64,000 nt of DNA, taken from positions 859 to 64,858 of the forward strand of contig JACZTG010000001.1 in assembly GCA_022573815.1 (NCBI GenBank), given 5' to 3'. The DNA comes from Fidelibacterota bacterium (GTDB taxonomy: Bacteria > Fidelibacterota > SORT01). Each line of letters begins with the position of its first letter. Within the stretch, counting starts at the first letter, position 1. Positions 58,037-64,000 of this stretch are shown here, in pieces. The notes beneath the pieces were generated by a model that was not told the DNA's origin, did not search any database, and saw only the letters and a list, made by a program, of their open reading frames with translations. A program made the position numbers and the translations under genes.

Positions 58037-59674
58037 CTATTGGTCGGGCTTTACCATTATGGACTTTTCGTTCTTAATATGCACCGCGCCGGGCGCCGAC
58101 CCTTTTTTCTTCCAGACATATTTTCGTAAGGTGTAAATGACCGGAACAATACCGGAATGTTTCTGCGAACTGTATCGCGCGGCGAGTTGGGCCGCCTGAA
58201 TTATTACGTCTCGAGGGAAAGGGTCTCCCTTTTTTATTGCCGGAACTATCACGTGAGAGCCTTGACCTCCTTGCACGTGCAGCCAGAGGTCGTTCTTTTT
58301 AGCTACTTTGAAAGTGAGTTTATCGTTGTCTCTTGAGCTTTTACCAACCAATACTGAATATCCGTTACCTGCGTCAAACTTCCGATAAGGATAAGAACTG
58401 AATTCTTTTTTCTTCTTCAGTGGAGTTTTCTTTTTCTTTAGAATCTTTTCAAAAGCGTTCCATTCGTTTATTGATTTAACTTTTTCGATTTCAGTCAGCA
58501 GATTGCTGATATTCGGTATTTCTCTTTCGCCTTCCGCAATAACTTTTTCAAGTTTTTTCTCACCCGAACGGGCTGATTTAGCTTTTTTATAATATCGTTC
58601 GGCGTTAGCGGCAGGTGGTATGAGGGGGTCGAGTTTTATCTCCACTTCGTCTCCGTTAAAATCGGTTAAAGAAACAGTTGTCATCCCTTTTTTGAACAAT
58701 GTCAGGTTGGATATGAGAAGGTCGGCAATTTTATCCCAATCTTTTCGCTCTTTTAGTTTCGAGAGATCGACTTTCTGTTTTTTGGTTCTTTCAAATACGG
58801 ATTTTAATTTTGATTTCAATCCTTTTACAGCCTCTCTTTTCTTTTTGATTAAATTTTCATAACCATATACGGCTTTATTAGTTTCGATAATCGCATCATT
58901 TATGGATTTAAACTTCTCCGTCGAGACTCCCTGCAGGTGAGTCAACTCAATAAGAGAGAAAATCGGCGGGGAAGAATGATAGAGAAACTGTTTTGGATTA
59001 GAAAATGCCGACGTGATTGAGTTATATGCCGTGAAAAGTTTCTTATAACCGCTATCGGAAAGTGTGTGGCTCAGTGCGTCAGGTTGTAATCCCGCACTGA
59101 AAATCAGTTCATCGGCAATAGTTTTGTTCACCAAAGGAAGTGAATTACGAAGCGCCTTTTTAAGTTTGACGGACGTTTTAGATTTTAATGATTCTTTAAG
59201 TTTTTTAACGCTATTAAGTGTCTGAATGTTATTCGGCTGAAAAACGTCGCTATAATGTAAATTCATTAATTTTGCCGGGCTTTTGAATGAGTTCAGAATT
59301 TCAGATTCATTATTTAGAATCACCACATTTGGCAGGGAGCCGTAAAAGATAAACCGTAAAATCAAATTTCTTTCAAATCGAAAGGAAATTACCTTCTCAT
59401 CTCCGGAAATCAGATTGGAAATAAATTTCAAACCGTTTAATTCATTGAATAATCGCACTGTTTGTTTTTTCTTCGGCTTAAAACTTCCTGCAATGGCATA
59501 AAGATAAGATTTTCCTTTAACCGCATTGAAAAATAGTGTTTTTGTTTCTTTGCCTTCGAATTCCAAAAGTAATTCGTTCTTACGAAATGTGAAAGCTGAG
59601 GAGAATCGCATTCCTTTGAGCATAACCTCCAATTCAAGAGATAGGAGTTTCAATGTTTCATGATGATTAATCAT
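58037..59674 (-). CDS. RqcH/FbpA-like NFACT-domain protein
   Basis: NAERYYKKAK, VGKSSRDNDKLT, DLWLH....GSHV, AAQLAA.YS. Confidence 0.88.
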   Translation of the reverse strand: MINHHETLKLLSLELEVMLKGMRFSSAFTFRKNELLLEFEGKETKTLFFNAVKGKSYLYAIAGSFKPKKKQTVRLFNELNGLKFISNLISGDEKVISFRFERNLILRFIFYGSLPNVVILNNESEILNSFKSPAKLMNLHYSDVFQPNNIQTLNSVKKLKESLKSKTSVKLKKALRNSLPLVNKTIADELIFSAGLQPDALSHTLSDSGYKKLFTAYNSITSAFSNPKQFLYHSSPPIFSLIELTHLQGVSTEKFKSINDAIIETNKAVYGYENLIKKKREAVKGLKSKLKSVFERTKKQKVDLSKLKERKDWDKIADLLISNLTLFKKGMTTVSLTDFNGDEVEIKLDPLIPPAANAERYYKKAKSARSGEKKLEKVIAEGEREIPNISNLLTEIEKVKSINEWNAFEKILKKKKTPLKKKKEFSSYPYRKFDAGNGYSVLVGKSSRDNDKLTFKVAKKNDLWLHVQGGQGSHVIVPAIKKGDPFPRDVIIQAAQLAARYSSQKHSGIVPVIYTLRKYVWKKKGSAPGAVHIKNEKSIMVKPDQ

Positions 59675-59718
59675 AGTAAAATAAACTTAAACAATTATTT
59701 AGAAGAAAAATAATACTA

Positions 59719-59747
59719 TTGACTATCCGTCCGGTAATATTTACTTT
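59719..59747 (+). promoter_or_regulatory. Putative sigma70 promoter of the yicC operon
   Basis: TTGACT-17 nt-TACTTT. Confidence 0.55.
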
Positions 59748-59814
59748 ACCTTGCTTAATATAAAATGAGTTATAACGCTCATTTCAGGTAATAAAAAAGC
59801 GCTAAGGAGATAGT

Positions 59815-60687
59815 TTGCTCAGTAGTATGACAGGATACGGAAGAGGGGAATCCACCGGACCACACTGCACAGTTGCGGTGGAATTACGGTCGGTGAACAA
59901 TCGCTATTGCGACGTTGTTTTGAGAAATAACAAAGGTTTTATGCAATGGGATGACGAGGTAAGACGCATAATACAGAAAAATCTTAAGCGTGGGAAAATC
60001 TATGTTAATATAAATGTGGAAGCTACGAATTCAAACGGAGATGTTTCTAAATTAGATTCGGACGCGGTAAAAAAATATGCTTCTCTTTTAGAAGAGATTA
60101 AGAAACACGCAGGAATAGATGAGCCTATTCAGCTCAGTCATCTGCTCAGTAATAACAATATATATGCTCAGCCATCAGAGATAGACGAAGAAGATTTGCA
60201 CAAGTTAATGCTTAAAGCCCTTGAAAGCGCGCTTACTCAGGTAGAAAATATGCGGAGCGAAGAAGGGGAAAAATTATCAGCAGATATTACAGAAAGAATT
60301 AATTTGATAAAAGAAGAGGTTACAAGCATAAAGAATATATCTTCTGATAATGCGTCTACGCAATTCGAAAAATTAAAAGTAAGAGCCCAAGAGCTCATCG
60401 GCAATGAAATGGAGTTCGACCGGCTTAATCAAGAGCTCGCCCTGCTATCAGATAAATTGGATATTTCGGAAGAATGTGTAAGAATAGATAGTCATGTCGG
60501 TCAATTCACAGATTATTTAACAATTGACGAGCCTGTGGGTAAAAGACTTGATTTTTTATTGCAGGAAATGAATCGTGAATCCAATACGATTTCTTCTAAA
60601 AGTAATAATGTATCAATTTCTCATATAATAGTAGAAATGAGAAACGTAATTGAATCGTTACGAGAACAAGTACAAAATATAATTTAA
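59815..60687 (+). CDS. yicC: YicC/YloC family endoribonuclease
   Basis: SMTGYG, SVNNRY, GKRLDFLLQEMNRE.NT, LREQVQNI. Confidence 0.95.
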   Translation: MLSSMTGYGRGESTGPHCTVAVELRSVNNRYCDVVLRNNKGFMQWDDEVRRIIQKNLKRGKIYVNINVEATNSNGDVSKLDSDAVKKYASLLEEIKKHAGIDEPIQLSHLLSNNNIYAQPSEIDEEDLHKLMLKALESALTQVENMRSEEGEKLSADITERINLIKEEVTSIKNISSDNASTQFEKLKVRAQELIGNEMEFDRLNQELALLSDKLDISEECVRIDSHVGQFTDYLTIDEPVGKRLDFLLQEMNRESNTISSKSNNVSISHIIVEMRNVIESLREQVQNII

Positions 60688-60693
60688 ACGAAA

Positions 60694-61272
60694 TTGTCAT
60701 CAGGAAATAAAAGAGGTTTACTTGTGGTAGTATGCGCGCCATCCGGCTCCGGGAAAACATCAATCTGCAAAGCATTTATGAGCAGAAATTCACGTTCAGG
60801 CTATTCCATATCCCTCACAACGCGTCCGCCGAGAGCCGGGGAAGTGGACGGAGTTGACTTCCGATTTGTGAGTACCGAAGAATTTCAAAATGCGGTGAAT
60901 AATGATGAATTTGTTGAATATGAAAAGGTACATGATTCAATGTACGGCACTCGTAAGGACGACATAGAAACTGCTCTCAGCAATGGAAATATATTGTTAA
61001 TCGATATAGACGTGCATGGCGGCATGGCAATAAAAAATGAATACCCGGATGATACAATTACTATTTTTATAAAACCGCCGTCTATTGAGGAATTAAAACG
61101 AAGACTTCAGGCAAGAGGAACTGAATCGGAAGAAAAAATTATAAAGCGTTTGGAACGATACGAGTATGAACTTTTAAAATCAAAAGATTTTGATATAATA
61201 ATTAAAAACGAAGATTTTGATGTCGCAGTAAGTGATTTTGAAAACAGTATTAACAATAAAGGAGGAAGTTAG
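60694..61272 (+). CDS. gmk: Guanylate kinase
   Basis: APSGSGKTS, TTRPPR.GEVDG, YGT, IFIKPPS. Confidence 0.96.
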   Translation: MSSGNKRGLLVVVCAPSGSGKTSICKAFMSRNSRSGYSISLTTRPPRAGEVDGVDFRFVSTEEFQNAVNNDEFVEYEKVHDSMYGTRKDDIETALSNGNILLIDIDVHGGMAIKNEYPDDTITIFIKPPSIEELKRRLQARGTESEEKIIKRLERYEYELLKSKDFDIIIKNEDFDVAVSDFENSINNKGGS

Positions 61273-61275
61273 CGA

Positions 61276-61608
61276 ATGGGGTTAGAAACAATAAGAATGC
61301 GAGACTTGGAAGGAAAAGCTAAAAACTTGTATGAGGCGGTTACTGTAATGGCAAAACGAGCCAAACATATAAATAACACCAGACTTTCAAAAAAAGAAGA
61401 AATTTTAGACCACGACGACGCAGAGGATTACTCGGCTGAACCGATAGTTCCGGTAATCAGCACAGTGAAAGAAACTAAAGTAGCTACTGTTGCGCTCAAC
61501 GAGTTTTTAAACGGCGAAATTGAATTCGAGTACGTAAAACCGATGCCTGTCTCTGAAGACGAAGAGTTGAGTGAAGGCGAAGAAGAAGAAAAAACCGAAA
61601 AATCCTAA
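61276..61608 (+). CDS. rpoZ: RNA polymerase omega subunit
   Basis: NLYEAV.VMAKRAKHIN...K....AL.EF..G; gmk-rpoZ-coaBC synteny. Confidence 0.85.
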   Translation: MGLETIRMRDLEGKAKNLYEAVTVMAKRAKHINNTRLSKKEEILDHDDAEDYSAEPIVPVISTVKETKVATVALNEFLNGEIEFEYVKPMPVSEDEELSEGEEEEKTEKS

Positions 61609-61619
61609 AGCAGCGGAAG

Positions 61620-62822
61620 ATGATTTTCAAAGATCATAAAATAGTTCTCGGAGTGACCGGTGGCATAGCAATATATAAATCCGCTGCTCTATTGCGTGAG
61701 CTGGTGAATGAACATGGGGCAGAAGTACAGGTCATAATGAGCGACTCTGCCCTGAAATTTATGACTCCGCTGATATTCGAGACGTTCTCGGGGAAACCTG
61801 TCTGGACGAGCTTGTTCAGTGATGAAGAAGCTGTTGGCGTTCGTCATGTTACAATTTCAAAGTGGGCTGATGTAGTTCTTGTGTGCCCTGCTACTGCCAA
61901 TATCATTGGAAAAGCGGCGAATGGAATAGCTGACGATTTGCTTTCAACAGTAATTTGTGATGCCGGTACAAAAACAATATTTGCCGCCGCAATGGAAACA
62001 GGAATGTATTATAACCCGATTGTTCAGGGAAATGTTGCCCGATTAAAAGAAGCGGGTTTTGGATTTATCGAGCCTGAGACGGGAGAATTAGCGAGCGGTT
62101 CAATCGGGGTAGGCAGACTCGCAGAAAATAAAACAATAATTCATTCAGTGGAAAGACATTTGCAGCCGGGCAGCCTTAATGGTAAGAAAATATTGGTTAC
62201 GGCCGGTTCTACAAGAGAATTCATTGATCCTGTACGTTTTATTTCAAATCCCTCAACAGGGAAAATGGGATACGCGATTGCTGAAGCAGCTTCTCTTCAG
62301 GGCGCTGAAGTTACACTTGTAAGCGGACATTCTGAATTGGAAGAACCTGCAATTTCTAAATTAATTCGAGTATCAACCGCTGAGGAGATGAAAAACGCGG
62401 TGGTTAAGGAGTTTAAGAAATCAGATGCATTGATAATGGCTGCGGCAGTGGGTGATTACACAAATTCAGATATTAAAAAACACAAACTGAAAAAGAATTG
62501 GGGAACATTGAAACTCGAGCTAAAACCTACCGATGACATCCTGACACTGATCGGCAAAGATAAGGGAAATAAGAAAATTATAGGTTTTAGTCTGGAAACC
62601 GAAAATATGATCAAGAATTCAAAGGCCAAGCTGAAGAATAAGAACCTCGACCTTATCATCGCCAACAATCCCACTGAAGAGGGTGCGGGATTCGGATATG
62701 ATACAAATAAAGTCTCGATGATAAACTCTGCCGGCGAAGTGGAAAATTTTGATTTAATGAGCAAGAAAAAGCTATCACGTATAATCGTTGATAAGTTATC
62801 GAATATGATGAACGGAAATTAA
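61620..62822 (+). CDS. coaBC: Bifunctional PPC decarboxylase / PPC synthetase
   Basis: [50 protein letters not shown]. Confidence 0.96.
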   Translation: MIFKDHKIVLGVTGGIAIYKSAALLRELVNEHGAEVQVIMSDSALKFMTPLIFETFSGKPVWTSLFSDEEAVGVRHVTISKWADVVLVCPATANIIGKAANGIADDLLSTVICDAGTKTIFAAAMETGMYYNPIVQGNVARLKEAGFGFIEPETGELASGSIGVGRLAENKTIIHSVERHLQPGSLNGKKILVTAGSTREFIDPVRFISNPSTGKMGYAIAEAASLQGAEVTLVSGHSELEEPAISKLIRVSTAEEMKNAVVKEFKKSDALIMAAAVGDYTNSDIKKHKLKKNWGTLKLELKPTDDILTLIGKDKGNKKIIGFSLETENMIKNSKAKLKNKNLDLIIANNPTEEGAGFGYDTNKVSMINSAGEVENFDLMSKKKLSRIIVDKLSNMMNGN

Positions 62823-62826
62823 TCGT

Positions 62827-63525
62827 TTGTCGCCTCCATTAAATAGCAAAGCAGCTCGATATTTTGAACAGCAGAAGGAATTGTATGGTTCGGAAATCCT
62901 GCTTGACGAAAAACTCAGACCGAATCGAAATGCCGATAAAAACGGTGATTCAGCGAAACTTCTTGAAGCATATTATAATGAAATTAAAGATTGCCAGCTC
63001 TGCTCACTTGGAAGCACTCGCACTAAATTTGTATTCGGAGTCGGTAATCCGAACGCCGACCTGCTGCTTATCGGCGAAGCGCCGGGACAAAATGAAGATC
63101 TTCAGGGAGAGCCGTTTGTAGGACGAGCAGGGCAATTACTCGACAAGATACTTCATTCGATAGGGCTTTCGAGAGAAGAAGTCTATATTGCAAATGTTTT
63201 GAAATGCAGACCTCCCAATAACAGGGACCCATTAAAAACTGAATCTGAAACCTGTAAGCCTTATCTTAAGAAACAAATAGAGATCATCAAACCAAAATTG
63301 ATTCTTGCTCTCGGGCGGATATCGGGTGTTTGGCTCATCGGCGAGGAAATGTCGCTTGGTGATATGAGAGGTAAAACTTTCTTTTTCGGTGACAGCGAGA
63401 TGATGGTCACATACCATCCGGCAGCCTTATTGAGGAATCCGAATTGGAAGAGACCATGTTGGGAAGATATGCAAAAGGTAAGGGATCGGTTAAAAGAATT
63501 GACAGCTAATTCGAGTATGGCATAA
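62827..63525 (+). CDS. Uracil-DNA glycosylase family 4
   Basis: C..C.L, GEAPG..ED..GEPFVG, NVLKCRPP.NRDP, TYHPAALLR. Confidence 0.95.
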   Translation: MSPPLNSKAARYFEQQKELYGSEILLDEKLRPNRNADKNGDSAKLLEAYYNEIKDCQLCSLGSTRTKFVFGVGNPNADLLLIGEAPGQNEDLQGEPFVGRAGQLLDKILHSIGLSREEVYIANVLKCRPPNNRDPLKTESETCKPYLKKQIEIIKPKLILALGRISGVWLIGEEMSLGDMRGKTFFFGDSEMMVTYHPAALLRNPNWKRPCWEDMQKVRDRLKELTANSSMA

Positions 63526-64000
63526 ATGGCTAAATCAAAGGGTTCACAGGAAAAAGTACCTCCATATTCGAGGGAAGCGGAAGAATCTGTCCTCGGCGCA
63601 ATGATGCTGAGCAAAGAAGCGACATTTAAAGCATTCGAGCGGATTTGGGATACAAACGTATTTTATTTTGCCGAGCACAGATTCATCTATACCGCGATGA
63701 ATGAGCTTTTTAATGATTCTCAGCCCATAGATCAGATTACTGTATCCGATAAGCTGAAACAAAAGGGTCAGCTCGAAAAAGTGGGTGGAAGTTTTTATGT
63801 GACCGGATTATTGGAAAGTACCCCCTTAGCTTCAAATATTGATAAATACATTGATATAATTATCGAGAAGGTGCTGCTCCGAAATTTGATTTCCCTGGGA
63901 GGCAGAATGACCTCTGACGGATATGACGCTTCCACGGGAGTAAATGAGTTGATTGAATCTTACGAGCAAAAGATATTTCAGCTTACCGAAGGGAGATGGA
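63526..64000 (+). CDS. dnaB: Replicative DNA helicase, N-terminal part (runs off the window)
   Basis: ATG 63526: MAKSKGSQEKVPPYSREAEESVLGAMML...FY..EHR.IY.AM..L...QPIDQITV. Confidence 0.9.
   Translation, partial: MAKSKGSQEKVPPYSREAEESVLGAMMLSKEATFKAFERIWDTNVFYFAEHRFIYTAMNELFNDSQPIDQITVSDKLKQKGQLEKVGGSFYVTGLLESTPLASNIDKYIDIIIEKVLLRNLISLGGRMTSDGYDASTGVNELIESYEQKIFQLTEGRW

Overview
64-kb bacterial chromosome segment, standard code 11 (TGA is a normal stop). It uses canonical TTGACA/TATAAT-type promoters and GGAG Shine-Dalgarno sites, and carries PorU/PorV/CTD proteins. This suggests an FCB-group organism outside Bacteroidia, e.g. Marinimicrobia/KSB1/Calditrichota-like (inference only). (1) 175-22394 is one co-directional sulfur-metabolism cluster. 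It holds dsrE, lbpA, a thioredoxin-like gene, a type II sulfur-oxidising heterodisulfide-reductase-like system (shdrC1-B1-A-H-B3, wHTH protein, etfBA, membrane ETF:quinone oxidoreductase), a lipoate assembly module (GcvH-like carrier, two ligases, LipS1, LipS2, an extra radical SAM) and a Tat-less Mo-bisPGD oxidoreductase with a fused FeS/NrfD subunit. (2) Main finding: an ORF missed by the ORF track at 6998-7228 encodes a 76-aa TusA/SirA-like sulfur carrier with an in-frame TGA followed by a bacterial-SECIS-like hairpin. selA and selB lie in the same window (48794-52089), so this is a probable selenocysteine-containing TusA inside an sHdr operon, with Sec at a non-canonical position. (3) Three genes appear to need non-canonical start codons (ATC, CTG, ATT). 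(4) 24.2-27.9 kb is an accessory array next to tRNA-fMet, with small gene cassettes separated by four 45-bp direct repeats, REP-like hairpins and a degenerate copy of the tRNA 3' end. (5) The rest is housekeeping: gap, rodZ, maf, porU, folE, ffh-rpsP-rimM-trmD-rplS, selAB-mutS, yicC-gmk-rpoZ-coaBC-udg-dnaB. All calls rest on motif recognition; no searches were run.
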